64,000 bases of DNA, taken from positions 1 to 64,000 of IMG/VR virus record IMGVR_UViG_3300023097_000002; one strand, given 5' to 3'. The notes below the pieces were generated by a model. The model did no database searches, had not been told where the DNA came from, and saw only the letters and a program-made list of their open reading frames with translations. Numbering within the stretch: position 1 is the stretch's first letter; every line of letters starts with the position of its first letter. Both the position numbers and the translations under genes were made by a program. Positions 1-9,202 of this stretch are shown piece after piece. Source of the DNA: an uncultured virus (IMG/VR IMGVR_UViG_3300023097_000002). Lineage: Duplodnaviria; Heunggongvirae; Uroviricota; Caudoviricetes.

Positions 1-402
1 CTGGGCCATGAGGCACGAAAGCTGCTGGACGCCCTGCTGAAGCACGTGAACGAGGCGGGGCGGGCCCAGGTGGCAACGACCACCCTCCTCAAGGACAGCG
101 GACTGACGCAGGGCGCCCTGGTGCGAGCCAGGGCCGAACTCACCCGGAGCGGACTGCTGCGCACCGAACCGGGCTTCTCTGCCACCGGCCTGCGGGGGGC
201 GAACGTCTACGTACTGAACCTGACCGCAATCGACCCCCCTTCCGAGCAGGTTCTGGAAGACGAAACCGGACGAATTGAGGCAGACGATCCCGACGCCGCT
301 GGTCACCAGGTTTCCGAGGAGATTCCGACTCCTTCCGGACGGCATCGCAGCGAACGGAAGGGCTTCCTTTACGGCCTCTTCCGGAGGTCCCGCTCTTCCT
401 GA
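1..402 (+). CDS. Winged-helix DNA-binding protein, 5' end outside the window
   Basis: Frame open from base 1; HTH-like LLKDSGLTQGALVRARAELTRSGLL followed by a wing ending ANVYVL. Confidence 0.6.
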   Translation: MGHEARKLLDALLKHVNEAGRAQVATTTLLKDSGLTQGALVRARAELTRSGLLRTEPGFSATGLRGANVYVLNLTAIDPPSEQVLEDETGRIEADDPDAAGHQVSEEIPTPSGRHRSERKGFLYGLFRRSRSS

Positions 403-570
403 AGCGTGGAAGAGGTTCCGTCCCGTCGGAAGAAGCCGAAGAAAGGGTGGTTGTTCTCCACTCGAATCGGACGAATGAGGGCACGACGGGGCGGCACTTC
501 GTATCATGATTCTCGAATCATGGTGAATTCGGACAGAACGGACCACTTCCCGAATCTGGCCCTGGTTCGC

Positions 571-600
571 TTGACACGGCCTAGGCCACGCTGGCACAGT
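571..600 (+). promoter_or_regulatory. Sigma70-type promoter with palindromic operator GGCCTAGGCC (578-587) in the spacer
   Basis: TTGACA-18 nt-CACAGT upstream of the gene at 666. Confidence 0.6.
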
Positions 601-665
601 CATGCCTAACGCCCCCAAGCGAGGTTTCCAAAACCGGGGGTTTTCGGAAAGGGAGAAACCCAGAC

Positions 666-1826
666 ATGGATAAGACGGAAAACAACGAGAAGGTCGCGAA
701 GGTCGACATCGACGAGGACGGTCCGAAGCGTTTCTCCGTTCTGGTTCTGATGGCGAGCATCCTCTCGATCGGCTCCCTCGCCTGGAGCACCTGGTCCTTC
801 ATCGACCTGTACAAGGTCGACGCGCTCACCATCGACAAGCTGGGCGGGCTCAGCCTGATCTCCCTCTCGGCCGCCGCGACGATGGACGTCGTCTGGAGCG
901 CGACGATGGTGGCCCAGTACCAGGGTCAGAAGCTGATGGGCAAGCTGCCCAAGGGGAAGAAGCCCTTCGACTTCCTGCCGGTCATCGGCTGGGTCGAGGC
1001 CCTGTTCGTCGCCGGTCTGCTCGGCTACCACGGAACGACGATCGGCGGCGGCGCGGCGGGGTTCGCGGCGGTCCTCCCGGTCTTCACGAAGCTCACGTGG
1101 ACGATGGCCCTGAACGGCCTGAAGGACCCGAGCGACCTGACCGACGACGAGAAGGCGCAGATGGCCGCGAAGAAGCGGAAGTCCCGCCTCACCCGGGCCG
1201 ACGCCGAGGCGACCGCCGAGCAGCACGAGGCCGACATGATCCTGAAGAACCGCGAGCACGAGGCGGCCCTGGCCGAGCAGCGGCGCCTGGCGGCCATCGA
1301 GCACGAGAAGGTCCAGGCCGAGATCGAGCGCAAGAAGCTGGAACAGCAGGCCCAGTTTGAACTGGAGAAGGCCAAGCTGGAGGGCGAGGCCGAGACCAAG
1401 CTGATGCGTCAGCAGCTCAACGCGCGACTCCAGATCGAGACCCTGCGCAGCCAGCAGGGCATCAGCCTGGAGCGGATGGACGCCGAGCAGGAACTGCGTC
1501 TGCGGGCTCCGCTGGACCTCGGCTTCAACGTCATCCAGGGGCAGGTCTCCCGGCCGCAGCTCACCAAGGGCGGCGTTTCCTTCGAGGAGGAGGACGACGC
1601 GGAGGGCATCAGCCTGGACGGCCTGAACCTGACCGACGCCGAGCGCCGGAAGGTGAACCTGGCGGCCCGCTACTACGCCGCCGACGCGGCCGAGGGCGGC
1701 ATCACCAAGGCCGCCTTCGCGAAGGCCAACCAGACGGGCGCCCCCCGGGTGACCGAGGCGACCACCGCCTTCCCGCTGGAGTGGTTCGTCGAGAACGGTC
1801 TCGCGAGCTGGATGAACCAGGGCTGA
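666..1826 (+). CDS. spdB: SpdB-like plasmid spread membrane protein with coiled coil
   Basis: About four N-terminal hydrophobic segments (AWSTWS..D..W..IGW..YHG..P..K..W..DP) then a long coiled coil, the architecture of Streptomyces SpdB proteins; RBS AAGGGAG. Confidence 0.6.
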   Translation: MDKTENNEKVAKVDIDEDGPKRFSVLVLMASILSIGSLAWSTWSFIDLYKVDALTIDKLGGLSLISLSAAATMDVVWSATMVAQYQGQKLMGKLPKGKKPFDFLPVIGWVEALFVAGLLGYHGTTIGGGAAGFAAVLPVFTKLTWTMALNGLKDPSDLTDDEKAQMAAKKRKSRLTRADAEATAEQHEADMILKNREHEAALAEQRRLAAIEHEKVQAEIERKKLEQQAQFELEKAKLEGEAETKLMRQQLNARLQIETLRSQQGISLERMDAEQELRLRAPLDLGFNVIQGQVSRPQLTKGGVSFEEEDDAEGISLDGLNLTDAERRKVNLAARYYAADAAEGGITKAAFAKANQTGAPRVTEATTAFPLEWFVENGLASWMNQG

Positions 1827-1843
1827 CAAGCCCGCACGGCAGA

Positions 1844-1869
1844 GAAGCCCCCGCTCCGGCGGGGGCTTC
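1844..1869 (+). terminator. Intrinsic terminator
   Basis: GAAGCCCCCGC-TCCG-GCGGGGGCTTC followed by CTGTTTT. Confidence 0.75.
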
Positions 1870-1925
1870 CTGTTTTCCCCAACTTGCCTGTATTCTGGCT
1901 GTGTTGACTAGGAGAGGAGAATGAC

Positions 1926-2240
1926 ATGGCGTGGCGAATCGAGGCATCCGGAGGAACCGGATCCGCCAATTACGTTGTGATCCAGCCGATGATGGACGAC
2001 GACCCGGAGAGTGAAATCCGGCATGCGCTGATCACCATCTCGCCGAAGGGCGGTCGCGAGCACCCGACGATTCCGATGCTTCCGACGGGTGCCCTCTACC
2101 GCGACCGGCTCGGCATGGCGTACCGCATCCAGGAGGCCACCATCGTCGAGACCGGAACCGACGACGGCGAACATTCCATGTGGCGTTACGAGTACCTGGT
2201 CGCCTACAGCGCGACCCTGCCGCTCCGGCCCGTCTCATGA
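1926..2240 (+). CDS. Hypothetical protein
   Basis: RBS GGAGAGGAG; stop overlaps the next start. Confidence 0.6.
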   Translation: MAWRIEASGGTGSANYVVIQPMMDDDPESEIRHALITISPKGGREHPTIPMLPTGALYRDRLGMAYRIQEATIVETGTDDGEHSMWRYEYLVAYSATLPLRPVS

Positions 2241-2446
2241 TGGAGAAGGTCGTCACCTGGGCCATCGCCAAGGCGGTCGAGGATGTCGACGACAGTGTGA
2301 CTACGGCTGCCCTGCTGGGGGCCGCACTGGACACCGCCACGTTCTCCGCGATCGGCGTTCCGGCAACCGGTGCCGTAATCGCAGGAGCCGCCACGGGCGT
2401 GGGCCTGAACGTGGCTCGGAAGATGATGAAGGGGGAGAAGGAGTGA
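2237..2446 (+). CDS. Small Gly/Ala-rich membrane protein
   Basis: ATGA overlap upstream and GTGA overlap downstream; hydrophobic glycine-zipper-like segment. Confidence 0.55.
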   Translation: MMEKVVTWAIAKAVEDVDDSVTTAALLGAALDTATFSAIGVPATGAVIAGAATGVGLNVARKMMKGEKE

Positions 2447-3102
2447 CCGACTGGTGGAACACGTCTGCACCGCAACAGGAGGGTGAGCCGGTTCGCGTGG
2501 AACCGGCCATCGGGTGGGATCCGGAACCCGCACCGTCGATGCCCGCCCCTCCGCCCGATCCTCCAGTTCGGCAGGAAGGGCCGAATCCGCAGAAGCCGGA
2601 TCGGCGTAAGAGCCTTCTTCTCGGAGCGGCCGGTGCTGCTGCCGTAGGGGTTCTGGTCTTCACCGTCATGCCGCACGACGGCTCGACTCCGGCCGACACC
2701 CCTGGCGGATCCTCATCGTCTTCCGCTGAGCAGTTCCCCCCTGCTGCCGGTGGAGGTCCCTCCGAAGGTACGCAGGACCGGGCCGAGGCATCTCAGGCGC
2801 CCGCTCCGCAGAAGCCGAAGGTGGTCACCCTCACTGCCGTACCCGACGGCTCCGGCACGGTCGGCGCCATCGTGAAGGTGACGGTCGTGAACGACACCGA
2901 CGAGACCGTGGTGGTCATGTCGTCGATGGTGAAGGGCGACGGTCGCCCGGCCGTCATCGGTGAGGGAACGCTGGCCCCCGGCTCTCGCCGGGTCGAGCCC
3001 GGCGAGACGGCGACCGGAACCGTCGAGTTCGCCGCGAAGAAGGCCCCCGCTCAGGTGGCTCTCGTGGATCTCAGCGGGAACGTGGTGGCGGCCAGTGGCT
3101 GA
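2443..3102 (+). CDS. Membrane-anchored protein with Pro-rich linker and Ig-like C-terminal domain
   Basis: GTG after GAGAAGGA; one TM segment; beta-rich C-terminus (VKVTVVN...PGETATGTVEF). Confidence 0.6.
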   Translation: MTDWWNTSAPQQEGEPVRVEPAIGWDPEPAPSMPAPPPDPPVRQEGPNPQKPDRRKSLLLGAAGAAAVGVLVFTVMPHDGSTPADTPGGSSSSSAEQFPPAAGGGPSEGTQDRAEASQAPAPQKPKVVTLTAVPDGSGTVGAIVKVTVVNDTDETVVVMSSMVKGDGRPAVIGEGTLAPGSRRVEPGETATGTVEFAAKKAPAQVALVDLSGNVVAASG

Positions 3103-3820
3103 ACCGCTGCTGCACCGCCTCCCGTCGACCGGGAAGTACGACAAGAAGTACCAGGTGCACGGTCACGACCATCTGATCGTCGAGGCGTACTACTCGGACG
3201 CCGAAGACGGCAAGCCGGAGTTCGGCTGCTGGTGGGTGATCGACACCAGATTCTCCGCACTCGACCGGCACCGCCGCCAGATCGTCTTCTCCTCCACGTA
3301 CCTCTCCGACATCCGGAGCTGGCTGAAGGCCGGAGGGGCGAAGCTGTGGGACCCCGAGAAGAGGAAGACCGACAAGGGCTGGAAGCCGATCCCCGAGGGC
3401 TGGCTTCCTGATGACGGGCGACTGGAGGCGAAGCGCCGTGTGCCCTTCAGGCCGTTCGGCGAGACGGGTTCACGGGCGCATCAGGTGGCGCGGCGGACGG
3501 AAGGGCAAGAGCAGGAGCCCAGTGACTACCCGCTCCACCCTCGCGGCCTGACGGGCAAGAAGTACGCCGTCGTCCCCGGGTGGATCACCTCTGTCAACGA
3601 CGGCCAGCGGCACTGGATCGGCTTCGGTGCGCTCACCTGGCTGTACGGAGTCAGTCCGGCCGAGTGCATCAAGGTCGACGACGAGACCGAACGAGGCTGG
3701 AACGACGACATGCGGGCGCACCTGATCTGGCTGTATCCGCAACGCAGGCACGAGGACTACGAGTCGATGAAGGAGGAGCTGGCCAGAGGCGAGGACGCCT
3801 TCAAACTGATCGAGCCCTGA
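3095..3820 (+). CDS. Hypothetical protein
   Basis: Overlaps upstream stop; GC3-biased codons; terminator follows. Confidence 0.55.
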   Translation: MAEPLLHRLPSTGKYDKKYQVHGHDHLIVEAYYSDAEDGKPEFGCWWVIDTRFSALDRHRRQIVFSSTYLSDIRSWLKAGGAKLWDPEKRKTDKGWKPIPEGWLPDDGRLEAKRRVPFRPFGETGSRAHQVARRTEGQEQEPSDYPLHPRGLTGKKYAVVPGWITSVNDGQRHWIGFGALTWLYGVSPAECIKVDDETERGWNDDMRAHLIWLYPQRRHEDYESMKEELARGEDAFKLIEP

Positions 3821-3829
3821 GCATGCGAA

Positions 3830-3859
3830 AGCCCCCGTTGCAACGGTGCGACGGGGGCT
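3830..3859. terminator. Bidirectional terminator between convergent genes
   Basis: AGCCCCCGTTGCA...TGCGACGGGGGCT hairpin. Confidence 0.7.
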
Positions 3860-3880
3860 CTGCACATCCGCATGGGGTCC

Positions 3881-4615
3881 TCACAGGGGCACGTGGAACG
3901 AGACCGGCCGGTTGCCCTCGCAGACCTTCACCGCGACCTCGACGACCTTGCCATTGGCCAGCAGGACCCGGCGTGCCGTCTGCGTGACGATCGCGTACGC
4001 GCCCTTGAGTTCCAGAAGCTCCCGCTCCCGGTCGGTCGCCAGTCGCGACGTGATGACGGGGATCAGATCCTTCTGCCGGGATCCCATGCGCTCGGCGGCC
4101 AGCTCGCGCGAACCGCGCGGCGTGGCCTCCGCCATCGCCAGCTCGGGGGTCACGGCCGTCACCTCGGGCGGGTAGTACGAGTGCCCGGTGGCGACCGGCT
4201 TGCCGTCGATCCGGTTCAGGCGCTCCCGGTAGACGACGCCCTCACCCGGTTCGACCCCCAGCGCGGTGGCGATCTCGGCAGGGCATGGAACCGTCTCGAC
4301 CCGAAGGATCTCCGAGGTCTCCCGGGCGCCGAGCGCCCGGCCGCTTGCCGCGTAGTTCCCGACCCGGTCCTGAACCGTGGCCGTGCGGCCCGAGATGTCC
4401 GCCACGACGGGCGGCCGGTTGCCGCTGGACGGCTCCAGGACCCCTTCAGCCGTCAGCAGTTCCACGACCTTGTCGATGGTGACGCGCGACGTCTTGTGGG
4501 TCTTGGCGAGCCTGCGGCGCGACTCCAGCGGAGTACCCGGCGCCAGCTCACCAGAGGTGATCCTGGATCGGTAATGTGCCGCAATGGCACGGTACTTGGG
4601 AATCTGCTCGCTCAC
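3881..4615 (-). CDS. GntR/HutC-family regulator with UTRA domain (TraR/KorA-like)
   Basis: PKYRAIAAHYRSRITSGELAPGTPLES wHTH plus UTRA-like C-terminus; GTG start after GAGGAG. Confidence 0.85.
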   Translation of the reverse strand: MSEQIPKYRAIAAHYRSRITSGELAPGTPLESRRRLAKTHKTSRVTIDKVVELLTAEGVLEPSSGNRPPVVADISGRTATVQDRVGNYAASGRALGARETSEILRVETVPCPAEIATALGVEPGEGVVYRERLNRIDGKPVATGHSYYPPEVTAVTPELAMAEATPRGSRELAAERMGSRQKDLIPVITSRLATDRERELLELKGAYAIVTQTARRVLLANGKVVEVAVKVCEGNRPVSFHVPL

Positions 4616-4638
4616 TTTTTCTCCTCGCGTTCGCTTGT

Positions 4639-4648
4639 GGCCTAGGCC
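4639..4648. promoter_or_regulatory. Palindromic operator GGCCTAGGCC
   Basis: Perfect palindrome about 24 nt upstream of the GntR start, in a divergent intergenic region. Confidence 0.6.
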
Positions 4649-4882
4649 GTATTGTGTCATGCTGGACTCCACAACGCCAGCAGAGACCGAAGAGAGGGTG
4701 GCATGGAAGGTAACGGGGAGGTTCAGGAGCCGGTTGCGTCGCATGATCGGCCCGTGCCGGAAGCGACTCTCGGGCAGCTTTCTGACTTCGCTGCCAACCA
4801 GGATATCGCCCGATTGGAGGCAACCGTAGAGGCCAACATCGGACTCGCTTCCGATGGAAAGCCGTAACACGGAAGGAGAGAC

Positions 4883-5845
4883 GTGGCGACGAAGGCAGCC
4901 ATTCCGCCGAAGCCGAAGACGGCCCCCACCGTGCACCTCAAGGGCCGGAAGCGGAAGCCGCCACGGACCCTGAAGGGCGACCTCAAGGCATTGAAGGGGA
5001 AGCTCGGCTCGGCCACCACTCGGTGGACTGAGAGTCAGGGCAAGGCGGAAGAGAAGAAGGAAAAGGTACGCCAGGAGGCCGAAAAGATCCTGGCCCCTGT
5101 CAAGGAAAAGGCCGCAGAGGAGAAGAAGCTCGCGGCCGAAGTGATGAAGCCGGTTCAGGCGGCTGCCGCCGCCATCAAGAACGGGCTGGACCCGGCCAAC
5201 GGAAAGACCCGGCCGTACGTCACTTCGTTCATGATCTCCTCGGTGATGTCGTGGGCTGTCGGACCGCAGATTCTGACCGCTCTGTACGAGCGAATCCGCT
5301 TCGGCACCTCGACCACCGGATGGGGGATTCTGAACGGCCCTGGCAGGTGGTTCAGGGACACGATCGGCATGGCGTACGAGTCGGACCGGCTCGGCAGCCT
5401 GATCTGGGCGGCGGTCATGGGGCTTGCCCCCATGTTCCTCATGTTCACCCGGAACCAGGTCGCCGGATACCTGGCCCAGAGCACGTACCGGGGGCGGATG
5501 GTCGCCTTCAGCATCACGTGGCTGACGCGCTCGGCGTGGCTGGTCCCGATCCTGTTCTTCATCGGGGTCTCGTACCCCGATGAGGTCACGGCGATCTTCG
5601 GTTCGCCGTGGACCTTCCAGATGTGGCAGTTCTGGGTCGCCGGTCTGTTCTGCATGGCGTTCTACGCGACCATGTGGACCTTCGACCGGATCGAACGACT
5701 CACCCGCGAACGGGCGGCCATGTCGGAGGAGGAGCTGGAGAAGTCCCAGAGCATGGGGCCTGGCATCTTCCACATCGTGCTCATGATCCCGCTGGCGTCG
5801 ATCGTCACGGGGATCCTGCTCTACGCACCGGGCGCCGCCTGGTGA
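4883..5845 (+). CDS. Multi-pass membrane protein, possibly transfer/spread associated
   Basis: Lys-rich N-terminus plus about five TM segments; RBS GAAGGAG. Confidence 0.7.
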   Translation: MATKAAIPPKPKTAPTVHLKGRKRKPPRTLKGDLKALKGKLGSATTRWTESQGKAEEKKEKVRQEAEKILAPVKEKAAEEKKLAAEVMKPVQAAAAAIKNGLDPANGKTRPYVTSFMISSVMSWAVGPQILTALYERIRFGTSTTGWGILNGPGRWFRDTIGMAYESDRLGSLIWAAVMGLAPMFLMFTRNQVAGYLAQSTYRGRMVAFSITWLTRSAWLVPILFFIGVSYPDEVTAIFGSPWTFQMWQFWVAGLFCMAFYATMWTFDRIERLTRERAAMSEEELEKSQSMGPGIFHIVLMIPLASIVTGILLYAPGAAW

Positions 5846-6079
5846 TGCACAAGGGCCTTCGCTGCCGAGTGGCAGCCCGGCCGGGTTCACCCCGGCCGGA
5901 AGCCGGTTCGCATCCGGCCGAAGGTACGAAGCGGACGAACGAGCCGCTTGGAAAGGGGACGAGTCGTGTTCCAGAAGGACGACGACCTCGACGGGCTGCC
6001 GATACTGAAGCCCGCCGGTCCCGGCCGGTGAGTCTGTAGGGCCGCTGGAGGGCGGCCCCACAGAGAAGGTGAGGGAAAA

Positions 6080-6658
6080 GTGATTCTGGCACTTACGCAG
6101 CAGCAGCAGATCGAGGTTCCGGAGAACTCGTGGATCGGTCACACCACGATGGCGGGCTTCGGAATCATCCTGCTGGTGCTCTCGTTCCTCTGCATCAAGG
6201 GGAACAAGAAGGGTCAGCAGATGTTCCTCTGGGGCGGGCTGACCAAGGCGCTGATGACCAAGGCTGTGCAGCAGCCGACCAGCCGCATGATGACGAAGGT
6301 TCACGGAGGTCCGAGCGAAGGGTTCGACTGGCGGTCCGCAATGACATTCCTCGTGGGAATGTGGGCCATGACGTCGATCGTCAGCTCGACCGGTGGATTC
6401 GTCGTCGACCTGGTCGACTGGTTCCAGGGCCTCGTCATGGCGCTGGCCGACTGGCCGGTCCTGTCCGACATCGGAGCCGGGGGCATCTGCCTCTTCCTCG
6501 GGTTCCTCGCGATGCGGAACAAGGACGACGACAAGCAGGATCTGATGTACGGCGCCATCTGCGGGTTCTTCTTCCCGCTCGGCGGTGGCACCTGGGCCGA
6601 GATCACGCTCCAGATCGGCAACTGGATCCCGCAGCTCATGCAGAGCCCGTTCCACTGA
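6080..6658 (+). CDS. Multi-pass membrane protein
   Basis: About four hydrophobic segments; RBS GAGGG; terminator downstream. Confidence 0.7.
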   Translation: MILALTQQQQIEVPENSWIGHTTMAGFGIILLVLSFLCIKGNKKGQQMFLWGGLTKALMTKAVQQPTSRMMTKVHGGPSEGFDWRSAMTFLVGMWAMTSIVSSTGGFVVDLVDWFQGLVMALADWPVLSDIGAGGICLFLGFLAMRNKDDDKQDLMYGAICGFFFPLGGGTWAEITLQIGNWIPQLMQSPFH

Positions 6659-6670
6659 GGTGGGCGGTTC

Positions 6671-6702
6671 GAACGGCCGGACTCTTCGGGGTCCGGCCGT
6701 TC
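6671..6702 (+). terminator. Intrinsic terminator
   Basis: GAACGGCCGGAC...GTCCGGCCGTTC hairpin with TTCG loop. Confidence 0.75.
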
Positions 6703-6730
6703 TGCGTTTCAACTCCGTTGCAGGTTCGCC

Positions 6731-6760
6731 TTGTTGGCTGGCCTAGGTCAATGTTAGAGT
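6731..6760 (+). promoter_or_regulatory. Promoter with operator GGCCTAGGTC (6740-6749) in the spacer
   Basis: TTGTTG-18 nt-TAGAGT upstream of the transglycosylase gene. Confidence 0.55.
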
Positions 6761-6785
6761 GGAGCCCGGAGAAGGGAGGAGCGTG

Positions 6786-7424
6786 ATGCCACGCAGAGCG
6801 GGCGGAGTATTCGTCGGTGTGTTTTTCGCGGTTGGAGCAGTTCAGGCCGTCACCGGTTTCATTCCGGCGGTCCCGTCTGCTGCGTCCGTCGCGGCACCCA
6901 CGAAGCAGGAGGCCAGCCAGGACTACAAGTTCACCGGCACCTCCGCACCGATCAAGCCTGGCTCGGTCCCGAAGAAGCGCTGGGAAGAGCTGATCAACAA
7001 GTGGGGCAACAAGTGCAAGACGTTGACCCCGGCACTCCTCGCGGCCCAGCTCGATCAGGAGAGCATGGGTTTCAAGCCCGAGGTCATCGACGGGCGCCTG
7101 GACTCCCCCGCCTCCGCGAAGGGGATGGCCCAGTTCATCGACGGAACCTGGGCGACCGAGGGGATCGACGCCAACGGGGACGGCAAGCGGAACAAGTACG
7201 ACCCCGAGGACGCGATCCCGTCGGCCGCGAGCCTGGACTGCAAGCTCGCGAAGGGACTCAAGGACATTCCGGGACCCACCTGGAAGAACATGCTCGCCGG
7301 GTACAACGCGGGCGGCTTCCGGGTGCAGCAGTACAACGGCGTTCCGCCGTGTTCGTTCGCCCGCTGCGAGACGTACAACTACGTGAAGATCATCGAGCAG
7401 AAGACGAGGAAGTACGAGCAGTGA
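6786..7424 (+). CDS. Secreted lytic transglycosylase (SLT family)
   Basis: Signal peptide; LLAAQLDQES, SPASAKGMAQFIDGTW, LAGYNAG and ETYNYV motifs. Confidence 0.9.
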   Translation: MPRRAGGVFVGVFFAVGAVQAVTGFIPAVPSAASVAAPTKQEASQDYKFTGTSAPIKPGSVPKKRWEELINKWGNKCKTLTPALLAAQLDQESMGFKPEVIDGRLDSPASAKGMAQFIDGTWATEGIDANGDGKRNKYDPEDAIPSAASLDCKLAKGLKDIPGPTWKNMLAGYNAGGFRVQQYNGVPPCSFARCETYNYVKIIEQKTRKYEQ

Positions 7425-8020
7425 ACCGGATCCAGCGAGCGGCCCTGGCGGTCGCCTCCGTGGCGCTGCTCGTGCCCGTCACGTCATCCTGTGCCGCCCT
7501 CAAGGCAGCCCCGATCTCGAACGCCACGGCGAACCCCAACCCGGAGATCGAGAAGATCAACTGGTACTCGCCGGAGCAGCGCGCCAAGGAGGCGAAGCGG
7601 CAGGAGCAGGACACCAAGGTCTCCAGCTCCAGGTCCGGCGACGCGGCGGCGGTGGCCATCGCATACGCCCGTACGAAGATCGGAGTTCCCTACCTGTGGG
7701 GAGGCACCGGAACGGCCGCCGAGGGCGGTCGGTTCGACTGCTCCGGCCTGACCCAGGCGGCATACGCGAAGGCGGGAATCAAGATTCCCCGAGTCGCGAA
7801 CGACCAGTACAACACGACCAGCAACCACCCCTCCTGGGATGATCTGAAGCCGGGCGACCTGGTCTTCTTCGGCCAGAAAGGGAACTCGCGCTCGATCCAT
7901 CACGTCGGCATCTACATCGGCGGCGGCAAGATGCTGCACGCGCCACGGACCGGAACGAAGATTCGCGTCAACAACGTGCACTACATGAACGACTACTTCG
8001 GAGCGACGAGGGTGGCCTGA
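7421..8020 (+). CDS. NlpC/P60 peptidoglycan endopeptidase, probable lipoprotein
   Basis: Lipobox-like TSSC; PYLWGG, FDCSGL, PGDLVFF and HVGIY motifs. Confidence 0.92.
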   Translation: MNRIQRAALAVASVALLVPVTSSCAALKAAPISNATANPNPEIEKINWYSPEQRAKEAKRQEQDTKVSSSRSGDAAAVAIAYARTKIGVPYLWGGTGTAAEGGRFDCSGLTQAAYAKAGIKIPRVANDQYNTTSNHPSWDDLKPGDLVFFGQKGNSRSIHHVGIYIGGGKMLHAPRTGTKIRVNNVHYMNDYFGATRVA

Positions 8021-8316
8021 TGGCTGAACACACGGTGCGCGTATGGCGCAGGACAAGGCCCGTCACGGGCGACCCGACCCGGGTCGTCGGCCTGGAGCGG
8101 GATGAGATCACCCTGGAGGCGCCGAGCCTGAAGTCGGCCCTGGAGCAGGTGGTCGACGCCGAATACAAGGAGGGCGGCAATCGGCTCCGGGTGTATGCCC
8201 AGATCGAGCGGCCCGAGGGCGGTCACCTCGGGATCGGCGATTACACCCTCTGTGAACTGGCCTTCGCCGAGGACGAGAAACGCCGGGCCGAACAGTCCGG
8301 CGACATCGAGAAGTGA
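8020..8316 (+). CDS. Hypothetical protein
   Basis: Translationally coupled on both sides. Confidence 0.6.
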   Translation: MAEHTVRVWRRTRPVTGDPTRVVGLERDEITLEAPSLKSALEQVVDAEYKEGGNRLRVYAQIERPEGGHLGIGDYTLCELAFAEDEKRRAEQSGDIEK

Positions 8317-8804
8317 CGGAAACGGAGAAGCACGTGGAACCCAGTCTCGGCACGCCGGACGACATGCTGCGTCAGTCGATGAAGCAGTTCGGCATCGACC
8401 GCGAGACGGCCATCTCTCTGGCCGTGAAGGGCTTCGAAGCGGCCCTTCGAATCGAAGGTGAGGTGACCGAGGAGAAGGTCGACCGCAAGCTGGCCGAACT
8501 CTTCGTCGCCGAGAGCCGCAACCGGTCCCCCTGGTTCGTGGCCCTGATGCAGGCGCACTACCGCAAGAACCTCCCCGCCTGGGAGAAGCTGCACGACGAC
8601 GCGGTGGAGCGCGGCCAGGACCCGGCGACGAAGATGTCCATCACCGAGAGCGTGATCATGGAGATGGCGCAGGAGCGCGTCGAGCTGGTGAAACTCGCCA
8701 AGCAGGGCAAGTCGATCGAGGAGATCACCGAGGCGGCCTTCGCCTTCGACGACAAGCGCCCCGACAGCGAGATGTACCTGCTCCTCGCGCGACAGATGGG
8801 CTGA
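8313..8804 (+). CDS. Hypothetical protein
   Basis: GTGA overlap; GC3 bias. Confidence 0.65.
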   Translation: MTETEKHVEPSLGTPDDMLRQSMKQFGIDRETAISLAVKGFEAALRIEGEVTEEKVDRKLAELFVAESRNRSPWFVALMQAHYRKNLPAWEKLHDDAVERGQDPATKMSITESVIMEMAQERVELVKLAKQGKSIEEITEAAFAFDDKRPDSEMYLLLARQMG

Positions 8805-8815
8805 CGAAGGACCCC

Positions 8816-8846
8816 GACGGGCGGCCGACGCGAACGGCCGCCCGTC
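8816..8846 (+). terminator. Hairpin, possible terminator
   Basis: GACGGGCGGCCG...CGGCCGCCCGTC. Confidence 0.55.
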
Positions 8847-8872
8847 GCCACACCCCGGAAAGGAAGAAGGGC

Positions 8873-9202
8873 ATGACGAAGAACACCAAGCGGGCTGGCG
8901 TCATCACGATCGAGGTCGAACTGCTGAAGCCGCTCAGCCGTATGCGGAAGGTGGTCCTGGAGCTGGCTTGGGAGGACATGCTGGACCTCCCCCTGTCGAC
9001 CGACAAGCTCCAGATCGACCGCATGGAGATCGCCCTGACGCTCGGCCCGGCCGACGACGAGACGATCCTCGACGCGCCGAACTCGCTCCAGGACTTCACC
9101 TGGCAGGGAACCTACGACAGCGGCGAATGGGTGGCCGCCGAGACCTTCATCGCCAACGCCCGGCACGACCGTCGAGTGCTGAACGCCAAGGCGATTCGGT
9201 GA
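8873..9202 (+). CDS. Hypothetical protein
   Basis: RBS AGGAAGAAGG; coupled to the next gene. Confidence 0.65.
   Translation: MTKNTKRAGVITIEVELLKPLSRMRKVVLELAWEDMLDLPLSTDKLQIDRMEIALTLGPADDETILDAPNSLQDFTWQGTYDSGEWVAAETFIANARHDRRVLNAKAIR

Noticed and set aside
5846..6079. Possible clt/TraB-recognition repeats or small ORF
   Set aside because: CCGG-rich, but no regular 8-mer repeat series or convincing protein
3881..6712. 943-aa minus-strand ORF
   Set aside because: Only 3881-4615 encodes a GntR protein with an RBS; the rest is antisense shadow of two + strand genes
6786..8020. Endolysin-holin cassette
   Set aside because: Both enzymes have export signals and lie far from the late genes; not excluded but unsupported
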